Shown: positions 25,044 to 36,869 of the stretch, piece after piece
Numbering within the stretch: the stretch's first letter is position 1
How the letters are laid out: each line of letters opens with the position of its first letter
Origin: Atractiella rhizophila
Taxonomy: Eukaryota
Assembly: GCA_021432655.1 (NCBI GenBank)
Contig: MU271425.1
Coordinates: forward strand, 1-47,753
Length of the DNA stretch: 47,753 nt
Direction of reading: 5' to 3'
The notes under the pieces: generated by a model
Seen by the model: the letters and a program-made list of their open reading frames with translations, nothing else
What the model was told of the DNA's origin: nothing
Database searches by the model: none
Translations under genes and position numbers: made by a program

Positions 25044-26061
25044 AACAACAACAACAACAACACTAGTATAAAGTCTCGAAAGTCTGATATCAGTTGCATC
25101 GAGATGTAAACCCCTATAGTGTACACTCTTTTACTTCTACAATTGTCAGGTTGTTTCATTAGAACCTCCAACTTAGTCTTGGCTCTTATAACGCTGCTCT
25201 TTCACATTTCCTATACTTTTTTTCCGGGGGCCATTAGGGGCAATTTTAAATACAACCGCATCTTGCGTTCTTCGCCTACCCCCAATGATTTAGCGCTACC
25301 GATAACACACCAACCCAACATGCTCTACCCCTAACTGCTACATAAGTCAAGGAGGAAACGATATTGGAGTACCATGTACACACCACCATCTACCAACACA
25401 AGGATCCTCGTTATGGAATCTACCCAGTCACTACTCTAACCTACATTGAGCAAAAATCAGAAGGGTGAGGAGGGACTTGAGAAGAAGGAGGGGAGATGAA
25501 AGGCGGTAAACGAAAGCGAAGAGGAAAGAAGACAGGTTCTGAGAAACACGGGAAAACTAGGTATCCAACTTAAAGGGTGAGAAGGCCTACTTAAGGGTGT
25601 GACGAATGCAACGGAGGCCAAGCGAATTTTCCAGGAAGTCCCTAGCCTTAGTTTGCAGAAAGAAGGACTCGGACCGGGACTCGAAGAAGGAAAGCAGAAG
25701 CACAAGGAGCGTAAGTTTTTTATCCACCCACTGGCACAGCAAGTAAGGTGTCTTCAGCGTCATACCGAGTAGGTGCTGGGGCTACGCCACCTCCATAACC
25801 AACAACCTCTACACAGGCGACGGCTCAACATGCTTCTACCTACGAACTCGAGCACCGTAGAGGAATTCGTAAAGCTTCCAGACCAGGCTCCTCTCCACTG
25901 CTCTATCGTTCACCACCACAAACGGCCGTCTCTCACAGCCCTCAAGCGACCCATCCTTGGTTGACCAGCAATAATACCGGAAGTCACGCCTACCCGAAAA
26001 GCGTTACTGCTACACCGGACAACGACTAAGCCCTAGGCAGCGCGACAACCGGCGGCACAGG
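25044..26061. mobile_element. 3' end of a paralogous LINE copy in mirror orientation (RNase H end, CCHC finger, 3' UTR, (CAA)6)
   Basis: The reversed reading gives DTAANSAT...QLGSGHISNNQYLHRIG...CDFCGMNDTVTHLFFEC, then the UTR and tail, followed by a flank different from 31104. Confidence 0.95.
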
Positions 26062-26086
26062 NNNNNNNNNNNNNNNNNNNNNNNNN
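26062..26086. other. Assembly gap of 25 N
   Basis: Run of 25 N. Confidence 1.
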
Positions 26087-26105
26087 CCATACTGCGACTT
26101 CTGTG

Positions 26106-29100
26106 TAGGCTTGGTACACGGGGAACCCATGGCCCCGTGGGTTTTTCCGGGAGGTTTTGGGGCTCTGATGCCATCCCGTACCCGCCCTCGAACCCTCAAG
26201 GGTTTCCCCGTCGTTACAGGGGCATTCCCGCAGGATTGCTGGGAGGGGACGGGAGCCAAAGGGTTCACGGGACACTGACGGGATGGGAGGGGCGATATCA
26301 ATATTATTATCCACGTACTCTGCTAACCTCTCTGCACAGTTCAATAATCATTAATCATTCACCTATCAATCAATCAATCAATCATCATGCTTCCCTCCCC
26401 GCGCTCCGCCTTCTTCCTTGCCGCCTCTGCTCCCTTCCTCTTCTTCCTGTCATTCTGTTTCACAGCTCCAAATAACTCCTTCATAGGAGGCATGAATCCA
26501 TCCTGCTCCCAGAGCTTGAGCATCATGGCCGAACGAAAGACGGGGTCCGACAATTGATGACGCAAGTAAGAAACCGTCAGACGACCCCCTGAAAAGGCAC
26601 GCTCAACATCCACCGAAGTTGCTAGCATCTTCAATCAATGTAAAAAACAGAGATGAATGAAGCTGCATACCTGGGACTGCCATAATATCCATGGCCATCT
26701 CGTGGAACTTCACACGGAAATGCTCCTTTGCACGCTTTGCCTCTCGCCATTGCTGATAGTGGTACTTGAGGCCATCTAATTCTGTTGTCCCAGAATCATC
26801 CTGCAGGGTCTTGATAGGCAACGGGACACCTTTGATAAACTCTACAAGGTAGTCGGCAGTAGAGGTATCGTCTGCATCTTCAATCATTGCGTTGAGTTCG
26901 TACAATGTCCGAGCCTTCTTTCGTAGGCGTGGCACAGAGGTGGATGCCTGTGAGCAACAAATTAGGACTTAATTGTGGGAAGGAAAGTATAGAGGTTCCG
27001 GGTTGGACGCACAGAATTACCCGTTGCTGCTTTGTAATGCTGCTGCTGAAACTCCTGTAAGCTATCCATGGCTTCCATGATCCAAGCCTCTTCCCAATCC
27101 AATTTTCAAGTATACAGCCCGGCGGTTGGGATGAAGCACTTGAGTATCTGTCAGTTTCAATGCTGAAATGTTTGAGTAGTGAAAACCTGCAAAGAGCCCA
27201 TAGATAGATCTTCGAATCTTCAACTACTTTCAGAAAATATTTGTCCAAAACTGCCTGTGCAGTTACAGCGCCGGCTTGGACAGCAGCGTGCTTGTCAGGG
27301 AAGTGGATTTCGCCATCAAGCTCGTAAGTTTCATAGAGGCGAGAGAGATGGACACCGATATTATTGAAGAGGGGGATGACACTGGCTAAATTGGAGAAAT
27401 TGGCCCTCGACATCCAGTCTGTTGCCTGTTGGAACAGCTAAAGCAAAGTCTTAGCTTTTGGATAAAAAAAATAAATGGGAAAAACATACTTGCAGGGTCA
27501 GATTTGCTTGCTCCATAATTTCCCACTCCGTTCTTGTCAATCGGCATCGCTCAAGTTGTAAGCTCGGTTTACCACAAAGATTTCGCAATGCGTCCTTCAA
27601 GTCTATTGCTCGATCAATCATCGCACCTTCGCCATTCCAACGTGTGGGACAGGCTTTGACAAGGTGCACAGGAGGAGATAGAAACTTAAGAGGTCCTTCA
27701 GGATCCTCTTTTTGGAGAGTGGCAACCTCGTCGTCAAGTTTGCTTCTAAGCCCATCATTCAAGGCTGTCCTTTTGGCCAGATTCGCAAGCTATTTTGTTG
27801 ATTAAAGGACGGTGAAGGTGAAAGACAATGCATGCAGCGTACCTTCGTGAGCATGAAACGTGCCTCTAATTCTTCCTTCGGAGAACAAGTTGCTTTCACA
27901 GCAGCCTCTTCCCGAATTAGATCAATTGCAGCCGCTTGTGGTTGCACTTCTTCACTTTGGTCTATAGCAGAAGCATTAGATTGTTAGACCAATTGGCTAA
28001 ACCATACCTTCTAGTTCTGCTTCTTCAGTGAACCCCGACTCTCTCAGTTCTGCTTCCAATTGTGATAATGCCACTTCATCCGCAGTGACGGAAGTCCCAA
28101 TGCCTGCTATGACTCGTTTCTTCGTAACTGGCTTCTTGAAACGACTCAAAAATCCCTGGACATTGCATCATCTAATCAGTCTCCCATCACATTTTACTAC
28201 CAGAACCATACCTTTGCAACCAAGTTGAGTATGTGGTCAAAGCATCGCACTCGCAAATCTGCTCTCCAGAGAAGCATCTTCAGATACTTGACCCTGTTTT
28301 CCATTGCCATTGTGAATGTATCGTTGTTAGACGCACTGTCGCACGTTGGAGCCATGACCTGCGCAGAATGTCAACTCTCGAAGAAAGATTCCATGCGCAG
28401 ACTTGAACACGCACCCTCTCGCACACTTCATATGAATCCAATAAGCCATAGACCAAAGCAGCAATGTTATCTCCCGTATGTGAATCAAGAACCCTGTTCC
28501 TAAATTAAATGGGTTCTCACAATGAAGGACTTTGTACCGAATGAAACCAAGAGCAACTTTCTTTGCATCTCCCCGCTCGCGGAAGTGAAGGTAGACAAGG
28601 ACATAACTGAAGCCCTGAGGAGCTGTCCAGCCGTCCAGCGTAATGAAAAAGTTCCCAGGAGCAGCTTTTGACAGTTATTAGTATTGTTTACAGGATTCAA
28701 ACTCGGCACGTACCGAAATTCTGGCCTTCACCTTAGTGCGCACGTACTCCTGCAAGAATTTCGCATCCTCTACTACTCTGTGACGATCAATGTTTGGAAC
28801 ACTCTCTGATCCACCGTTCCCAAGCTTGAGGATCTCTCGGAAATAATGATCGTGTGTGACATTGAACGGACGAGCTGAAGTGGTGCAACAGAGAGCGGCA
28901 AGGACACGTCGGTAAGTGTCATGGTCCGTCTGGTCCATCACGTTGACCCATAGCTGATTCTCGCTGACCACAAGTTTTGTTTGCTGGCTCTTTGAAGATC
29001 CTTCGTCGCCCTGTAGACAGTCTTCTTAAATCCTTACCTAAAGCTCACAAAAGACCAACCTCAACACATTTGTCGGCGCTAACTTGCAAGCCTTTGGTAC

Positions 29101-30387
29101 TTCCGTCATCGCGAGCACGTTCATACGTGTGGTTCGGGTTGGTCTTGCAGACAAACGTGTAGAAAATGCGAAGTTCTCCTGACTTTCTACCAGATCGCGT
29201 GTCCCTCAGATAGGTACCGCGACGAAGAATTGGGCGTTCGTGATAATGAAGATATACGCTCGGTTTGTCGCTATTCTGTTGAACTTTGGACCTTCCCCAG
29301 CGTTGAATATCGAAGTCTATTGTAATATCAGAAAGAGATTTGGATGGAGTCTCGGAAGAAGGCCAACCAATGATCTCATCATCCTTCCAACCGTCAAAGC
29401 TGCTGTCCATCTTGAAGTCCACCCCTCGTGGTAGTTCCCGAGCATGCTTTCGAGGGGACCTGCGAATGGAATCCCCAACATCATCATCTGATGAATCAAG
29501 CTCGATGGTAGCAATATTTTGAGGGTCAGGGGTTCGGCAGGGGCTCTGATGACTGGTGTCGGAATTCATCGAATCTTTCCGAGTGTGCTTAGACATGATG
29601 GAATACCAGACAAGAAATGAGTGCAAGTGATTGCCAGGAAATCAGTCCTGTTTTATAACTTTTCGCCTCTGGGTACGGCCGATAGAGGCAATCCTCTACC
29701 AATTGCAAGGTCAACAGAGCACACAGATGCGGTATGTCATCCCCAATGGACTCGTCCGAAGCAGGCACTGACAATTTTTGTGTTCCAGCAGCCAGACAGA
29801 AGCTGCCGATAGCCATCAACAGCACATTCATTTGCTGGGAATTTGAATGTTTCATTTATTTCTTCATGCTGCTCTCATCGCAGGGACTCAAACCCATCTG
29901 CACTGTTCATTCAAGGAGGAGCACATTCGGTACACTCAACTTCAGAGAACTTCTTTGGAATCACTTAATTTTGCCAATATTCTCATCCGGGTTCTTTCAG
30001 AAGCAGATTGTACTCTAACCTTTTCATAGCTCTTTCTCCTATGCCCGCGCAGAATCGAGTGGAAGGCATCCAATTCTCTCTCCCGCTCACCCATGACATA
30101 AAAAAGGAAGGAATGACGGACTGTTTGAGGACTGTTTAAAATCTCGGGCTCTACTTTCAAGTTGGGACGGGAGTGAAGCATAGGATCAAGCATGAACTTG
30201 TGCACAGTTGCTCGAGAAGCTGTGCAAACCCACGGGTAGCCACGAGTTTCGAATTCGTAAATGTGTTTCCCGTCCCCTTCCCTTCCCCAGCAAGGATTTT
30301 GCCGCCGCTCCCGTGGGATCCCCTTAAGGGGAAGGGGATGGGAGGGTCACAGGTTTTGACGGAATCCAAAACCGTGTACCAAGCCTA
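26106..30387 (-). mobile_element. hAT DNA transposon, 4282 bp, inserted in the LINE zinc-finger region
   Basis: Perfect 16-bp TIRs TAGGCTTGGTACACGG (26106-26121, 30372-30387) and 8-bp TSD CTTCTGTG (26098-26105, 30388-30395). The mirror LINE copy carries the empty site. Confidence 0.97.
26374..29596 (-). pseudogene. hAT transposase, multi-exon, probably disrupted
   Basis: RPFNVTHD, CDSASNNDT, RCFDHILNLVAK (CxxH), CPTRWN, AMDIMAVP, SVDVERAFSGG (dimerisation domain). Confidence 0.88.
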
Positions 30388-30395
30388 CTTCTGTG

Positions 30396-30688
30396 GAATG
30401 AACGACACGGTCACCCACCTATTTTTCGAATGCGAGGAACACGAAGACGAAAGGAAGAAGCTCAGGGCCAGGCTCAGGAAGAAAGACATTCGATTCCGAT
30501 CCCTGAAGGACCTTTTAAGCGAACCGGAGGCAACGCAAGCAGTGTGGGAATTCAGCCAGAAGAGTGGGAAATTCAACCTATGGATCAAAAGGACACAAAG
30601 AGTCTTGGACAGAAGAAAGGAGAAGCGAAAGCAAATGGCGGAAAGTAGAGGGGAGGAAGAAGAGTTCAGGGAGGAGTGGGAAGACTAA
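30396..30688 (+). pseudogene. C-terminus of LINE ORF2 (end of the CCHC zinc finger)
   Basis: GMNDTVTHLFFEC...EEWED*. It joins PYCDFC at 26087-26105 once the hAT is removed. Confidence 0.9.
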
Positions 30689-31082
30689 AAACGAGTTACG
30701 TCCAATCTCATCACTGACCCATCTAAGGTATTGCTCCTAGGAACACAACCATCTACCACCACACATATACCATGAGGTTATAGCAAAGGAGGAACCGAAC
30801 ACATCGTCAATCCCCATCTCGTACAACCCAACCACACAATAGCCATCGCGATTTAGTAACCCCCATCCGCTTCTTGCGTTCTACGCCAACATAAATTTTA
30901 ACGGGGATTACCGGGGGCCTTTTTTTTCATATCCTTTACACTTTCTCATCGCAATATTCTCGGTTCTGATTCAGCCTCCAGGATTACTTTGTTGGACTGT
31001 TAACATCTTCATTTTCTCACATGTGATATCCCCAAATGTAGAGCTACGTTGACTATAGTCTGAAAGCTCTGAAATATGATCA

Positions 31083-31103
31083 CAACAACAACAACAACAA
31101 CAA
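31083..31103 (+). repeat. (CAA)7 LINE 3' tail
   Basis: Lies directly before the right TSD. The mirror copy has (CAA)6. Confidence 0.9.
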
Positions 31104-31147
31104 TAAAATACACATATACCCTGCTCACAAGGATTTTTTCCCTTCAC

Positions 31148-31227
31148 GCTTCCCAGTGTGATAAGAAGAATCCTAGGTGAGTTTCTTCTGCAATGTATGC
31201 TTCCCAGTGTGATAGGAAGAATCCTAG
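31148..31227. repeat. Two copies of a 29-bp direct repeat (one mismatch) separated by 22 bp
   Basis: GCTTCCCAGTGTGATA(A/G)GAAGAATCCTAG at 31148-31176 and 31199-31227. Confidence 0.9.
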
Positions 31228-31242
31228 TCTCAACATCTTTAT

Positions 31243-31860
31243 GTGCAGGAGCTTGAGTTGAAGGTGTCTGAGCTGAAGAGCTCTTTGGCAAGGGAACAGG
31301 TGGATAAAGATAAGTGGAAGAAGTTATACATGGAGAAGGATGAGGAGGTGGATCGTTTGAAGCTGGAGCTTGACAAGGCTAAGAAGTTGCTTCTACCTGC
31401 AAACTTGATGTTGAAACATCACACAGAAAGCAGGACGATGACACCTTCCGAAGCTGGTGCTGATTCTTCAGCAGACGATTGGATCAAGAAGCCTGTCAAA
31501 CCGTACCGGCCCGTCATCAGCAAGGAAGATGCTGACGAACTTGGGATCTTTTGGGAACGCAAACAAGCTGCAGCCTGCATGTGAACTGGTATTCAGAACA
31601 ATATCCTCGATCCGGTCCAGGTGCTGCACCAGCTTGTCTTTGACGAAACGGGCAATACTGTCGTCGTAGCAACACAGTTCTCGAGGAGAACCGCTGATGT
31701 CATACGAAATGATGCGACCTTCTATACGAAATCCTATCTGGACACTACGAAATCGATTAAGAAGCAGACTGGACTCTGCAGGACCATATATCTCCCAAAT
31801 ATCCTTCGTAGGCTCGAGGCATATTCCAGCTCAGTTCTCTGCCTTGTGAAGACTAACTAG
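31243..31860 (+). pseudogene. Hypothetical coiled-coil protein fragment of unknown family
   Basis: Glu/Lys/Leu heptad-rich ORF at 31243-31584, continued in frame at 31621-31860 after a stop. Confidence 0.35.
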
Positions 31861-32244
31861 ATAGGCACGAATCTTCGTAACATCTGTTCTAAGGAATACC
31901 AGCGGAAGTTCATACAACAACGAAGATGAACAGGACTCTGGGGATGCCCAGGAAGGAGGCCGGACTGTTATGAGAGGAGTGAAGAGGAAGCACGATGTTG
32001 ACGGGTTTGTGGGTTTGAGGGAAAAGAGAAAGAGAGTGCAGGTTTTCGAAGGAGATCAAGGTAAGCGGCTCTCATTAACGTGAACTTAAAAGGGATTGTA
32101 CTAAACAGCCCAGTAGAAGGTCCAAGAGTACCAGAGAATTTGAAGATGCAGAGCAAGAAGAGAGCGAGAACAATCATGCACACACATCCTTTATGTGTCA
32201 CTTATGTGTCACAGACCCCATCATGCTGATTCATTTGTTTTCTA

Positions 32245-32509
32245 CAAGTGTATCAGCGGCCTTCGTCCCTCAGGCCCCCCAACCCACTCGCAAGGGGCAT
32301 GGCCCCTTGAACCCTACTGTGACTGTTGTGAGGGTGAGGGTTCGAGTCCAGTATGAAACGCATTTTTTTATCCTTCAGAATAAAATTTCCTTGCAACTTC
32401 TGAAAGTGGCAAGCATATGGGCTACGATGGTATAATTCATTTCATTTTATTGTGCATGGTGAGGGAGGTGCGAGGGCTCAAAAGTGCGTCTTATGACTCA
32501 TGCCAAGAA
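32245..32509 (-). mobile_element. Non-autonomous Helitron-like 3' terminal segment
   Basis: CTTG|T end (32248-32245), hairpin GGCCT-n9-AGGCC and GGGGC-n4-GCCCC-TTGAACCC, alignable with 3749-3815. About 260 bp is shared with 33545-33804. Confidence 0.65.
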
Positions 32510-33544
32510 ACCCAACGCTCTTAGAAGAATAGATCAGGCTGACTTGCCAACTGATCCACTCAGGGCAAACATGACTTGGACCAGTCAGGACGAGGTACTT
32601 AAGAAAACCTACCCATCCAGCATTATTAAGGCAGCAATCAGTTTGTCCCCTTCTTTTGGCCATGTTGCCTTCTGACAGGATGATAGATGAGCTCAAAGCT
32701 ATGGTTATCGATGACCATTGTCTCACTAACCCCAATGTACTCGGCACGTTCATCATGGCCGGAGTACTGCCTCACTTCCATGCTGATTCCCATACAAATG
32801 ACAGTGATACGCTTGCCCAAACAACTACGAAACGCCTTCTAGCAGCCATCACATGTGCGGGAATATGATGTCAAGCTTCCAATCACTACTGACGACAAAG
32901 AGTACACCTCTGAGGACCTGTGAAACAACTCTCAAGGGGATACACTTGGCCACAACAGCCTTGGGGAGGAGAGCCTGTTCGGCTTGAGGAGATGGGAGAA
33001 TGTGGGTTTGCAGGAGGCGATTGGAGATCTGCTGCGAGCTGTGTGAAAGGTGCAAAGATCGCACAGCGGTTGTGTCAGCGATGGAAGGAAGGACATCCTG
33101 ATTCAAGGGAGGCAGCACCTTTACGTCTGAGCTTTAGCTGCATTGGAAGATTGGCGGAGAGTATGGTCGAAGCTTAGCTGGATGGAGGTCGCAGCAATGC
33201 TGTGACCATGAAGTCCTTTCTTACTCTTGCAAGATGCTGTTTAAGCTGATTTAGTACAAGGATGCACAATCAGCCAAAGAACTCAAGGGCACCATGGTAC
33301 CGGCTGAATATTCGAAAGCACTCCAAGATAAGATGCAGCTTCAAGATCGCCTTGCAGATTCGATCAAAATCGCAAAGGAGAAGGTTTCCGAAGTCGAACA
33401 ACGTCAGACTTATCATCCCCCTCTGCACTACACCGGTTGTGGTCTGAGTTTGTTATATCAATGAAAAGGAGAGTCAAGAGCTCAAGAGCAATTATCTTTT
33501 ATGATTGTTCCCAATCATTTCAAAATGATCTGCCTTTATAACAA

Positions 33545-33830
33545 CAATTGTGTCAGCAGCCATAGTCCCTCAGGCCCCCCAACCCACTGGCAAGGGGCTA
33601 TGCCCCTTGAACCCTACTGTGACCCTTGTAAGGGTTCGAGTGCAGTATGAAACACATTTTTTGACCTCTACAGAATATAATTTCCTCACAGATTTAGAAA
33701 GGCGTAAAAATGTGGAGTAAGATGGTATAATTCATTTCATTTTAATATCCCTCATGAAGGAGGTATGAACACTTCAACGTGTGTTTTATGACTGATGCTA
33801 AGAACGGATAGCTTTTAGCTGTAAGGATAG
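33545..33830 (-). mobile_element. Second, more diverged copy of the Helitron-like 3' segment
   Basis: Direct repeat of 32245-32509, for example GTCCCTCAGGCCCCCCAACCCACT and GATGGTATAATTCATTTCATTTTA. Confidence 0.65.
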
Positions 33831-34520
33831 GAAAGGATGCTATATCCTAACATATGGAGCATTTAAGTGTCATTCTCTTAAGAAAGCTGTACAGTTCCAC
33901 AGAAGCAGGAAGGAGACAGCCTAATCTCCCAGAGACAGAATGAGAGGACAATAAAGAAGACCATGTGGTTTAGACTATATATAATCTTCTCCTGTAAGGT
34001 ATAAATTTCACTTTGGACTGAGGACAAAAAAAAGAGATGTGGCCTGGTTGGTGACAGCAATAACAGACTCCAAAGCCCTTGAATTGCCATTGGGTATCTA
34101 TGTCCATTGGGATAGGTGCAGGGAGTGGAGGCGGAGGTGTCTGGATTGTCTTAGGAGGCGATAGAGCAAAGGAAGAATTGAAAGGTTTGTGATAGTGTGA
34201 TAGTTTGAGAGCTTTGGGCTGAATAATGGAATAGTCAATCGAGGTCTGAATTGAAGTCTCTTGGTTTCCTCTTTCTGTCTAAAGTTTCAATCAAGGATCC
34301 TTATGTTCGATTTCCACTCCATCAAGGTTGTAGCCCTGTCAAAAATGCTTTCCGGCTTTTGACAAGATTTACCAGCATTTTCCCCACTTTTTCGGTGTGA
34401 TGGAAAACTCACAAAATTTGGGTCAGGTTACTGATTTTTTTGCAGTTTTTCAGACACGCGAGAGACTGTTGATTGGCGCAAAAACAGGAATTTCCATTAT
34501 TTTCCCAAATTTGCAGCGTT

Positions 34521-36719
34521 TTAACATCTGCCGATCCCGTTGCCCCTCACACCTGCACCTACTCCTTCTCCTCCTCCTGCACCCTCCTGCACCCTTCTGA
34601 ACTTCAACCTCACAATGTTGTCGATGAGCCCGATGGCTTTGCTGCTGCTGTCTGAGTCGATGCCGATTGTTCCTTCCCTCACCGGTTCCAGTCCTGCCCC
34701 ACTGACTTTAGCAAAGCACAAACTTGCTGTATTGAACAAGATACAGACCGCTTTTTCAGCTTGTGAAAGCTGTGTATGCTCCTTCTCGCAATCTGGTTCT
34801 TCTACAAATTTGCCTGCAGCATGCTCTTGCTCAAATTGCTCCATCCGAAACCGCTTGTACATCTCCCTATATGTGAAATGCATGTTTCAGTTACACACAA
34901 TTGCCAGCAGGCTGTTGACACACCTTCCGCCCAGGATACGCTTAGTCGTAGCTCCTTTTGTCGCTGGCAAGTGTCCAATATGGAGCGGTGCCTGCCACTT
35001 TTCAGACAAGCTTTGCGTACATTGAGGAAGCAGCAAAAGCTTACCGCAACAGGTGTAAACGTGCGAGGTGGTAAAGCTGTCCTTTCAGCATACGGCCTCA
35101 CGTTTGTCACTGGCACCTACACTTAGCGAGAATCATAGGAAATAACCGTGGAGTACAGACCTGGCAAGTCCACGCTATCCACCGCGTTGCTTTCTCGCAC
35201 ATCGGCTCCTGGGTAACTCACTGCTGTGCCGTTACGCTCTGTTGTTTCGAGTTGGCGTACTGGTACAGCACCTGGGTCAGTACAAGGGCTGTCAGCCGCG
35301 AAGCAGTCAGGCTGGACAACACAGACGTTGGTGGTTTCGGCAACCGGAAGAGCATCTAAATGAGACAACAATGGGCTGTCTGAAGGAGCAGTTGAAGCAT
35401 CGGTTGTTAAGAAATCAACACTTCAGGAACAGAAACATACCGCGGACATTGACTGATATGCCTGCGCCAACTTGAATGCTGAGTTCCTCTGTGATTTTTG
35501 AAGTCGTAGAATCAGCGGCGCTGGAGTTGTTTGTGCGAAACGGAGTATGAGCTGGTCGGGTGATGTTGAGATTGGTGTCTATGGGTAATTGTTTATCAGT
35601 GAATGCACCAATGTGATGTACAAGTGCAACATTAGAAACGAGGGACAAGTTTGGAAAGAACATACTATTCTCTACGTCATTTCTTGTTTTTGACAGCTCT
35701 CCACGAGCATCCGTGACGTTGGACCCAGTTGGTACGTGGTCTAAACAAAGAGGTAAGTGTTCATGTCACATCTTTAAGAGAGTATCATACCACTGGGGTA
35801 TCCTGAACTCTGCAACAAAGCGTGGATCGGAATATCGGTGAAGCTGCTCAGTCTATCAGCTTCGTGAAAAGTAAAAGGAAAAGAATACAGGCTTTGATCC
35901 TGAAATAGAGCTTGCATTCTTCTTTACATAACTTCGATTCTCTGCTCTTCGCTCCTTTCCTGTCGCAGAGGGAGTTAAATGCTGAGTCAAAGACAGAGCT
36001 GGTGGAGAGAGGGATCCTTCTTCTCCAAGAACCTTCCCCGCATCTTCCTCGACCTTCAGTCGCTTCTCGCGACGCCGATCACCAGCTCTGTAACGTTCTA
36101 ATTGTCGATGTCTGCATTCAGCGAGGATGTGATCTGCCATGGCGTGTCCTTGACACTGCGTTAGCTCAGGAAACTTGCTTTCGAGCACAGCAACGCCTCG
36201 GATGCGATGAGAATGGAGAATCTGATGCCATGTCTTCCGTTGATGCAAAGGTCTATCATATATGGCATCCAGAATCTCGCGCGCTTCTCGTTTGATGTCC
36301 ATCACGCGTTCTTGAGGAACTTCCACGCCATTGAAGTCCCTCAACCATTCGTACTTCTTCCCGGCTCTGCCCTCAGCAGAAAGTTTCTGAAACTGCAATC
36401 TCCACTTCTTGAACTCCTCATAAGTGAACAGGAGACTATGAGATGGCATTGTCTGAGCTGGCCGGGGAAGGGTATACTGTTTATATTCCTTGGGTATGAT
36501 AAACTGTTGAGAGCTGGTAGACTGGGTAGGAGCAGATTGAGGTTTGTTTGCTGGCGTGACACTCGAAGAAAGATTGCACACAGCCAACCTAAGTGACACT
36601 TGTTGCCTTATAGCCTGCAGGATAAAAGCAAGGAACACGCACTGAAGGGACTCATTAAGGCTTCTAAGCCTTTCAACCTCTTTTTTCAACCCAAGATAAA
36701 CGGAGTTTCCTGACTTCAT
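34521..36719 (-). CDS. Accessory gene of unknown function inside the CACTA element (spliced, boundaries approximate)
   Basis: A 287-aa ORF at 35856-36719 with protein-like composition, plus further minus-strand ORFs down to 34521. Confidence 0.5.
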
Positions 36720-36869
36720 TAAAGCATGTTCATCCGCCTGTTGAATCTTCAGCCAGTCTCGTTCAGAAAGCTCAGAGAAGGGCTTTCGACTTTGCGGAGG
36801 GACTGAAGGTCGGGAGGATCATGAGCGTACGTACTGATACTAGGAATATTATCATACTGACCTTCAATA

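Larger units (their letters stand above)
19559..26061. other. 6.5-kb block that is reversed but not complemented (mirror sequence), probable assembly artefact
   Basis: Read from 26061 leftwards it continues ORF2 in frame and mirrors 30388-31103. Its simple complement encodes hAT motifs. It abuts a 25-N gap. Confidence 0.97.
14515..31103 (+). mobile_element. Tad1-like non-LTR retrotransposon (LINE), 5'-truncated, true length about 6.1 kb, interrupted by the mirror block and a hAT insertion
   Basis: 13-bp TSD TAAAATACACATA at 14502-14514 and 31104-31116, (CAA)7 tail at 31083-31103, and ORF1/ORF2 domains in order. Confidence 0.93.

Noticed and set aside
20057..25964. Short ORFs listed by the six-frame track in the mirror block
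   Set aside because: They are spurious, because the meaningful readings are the reverse and the complement, which the track does not cover.
19559..26061. A novel biological mechanism producing mirror DNA
   Set aside because: The block has a base-exact junction, abuts a 25-N gap, comes from a different locus and shows CpG decay only in the reversed reading. All of this fits a software orientation error. Only raw reads could overturn this.
30173..30688. 171-aa ORF as an independent gene
   Set aside because: It is a chimera of hAT terminal sequence and the LINE ORF2 C-terminus.
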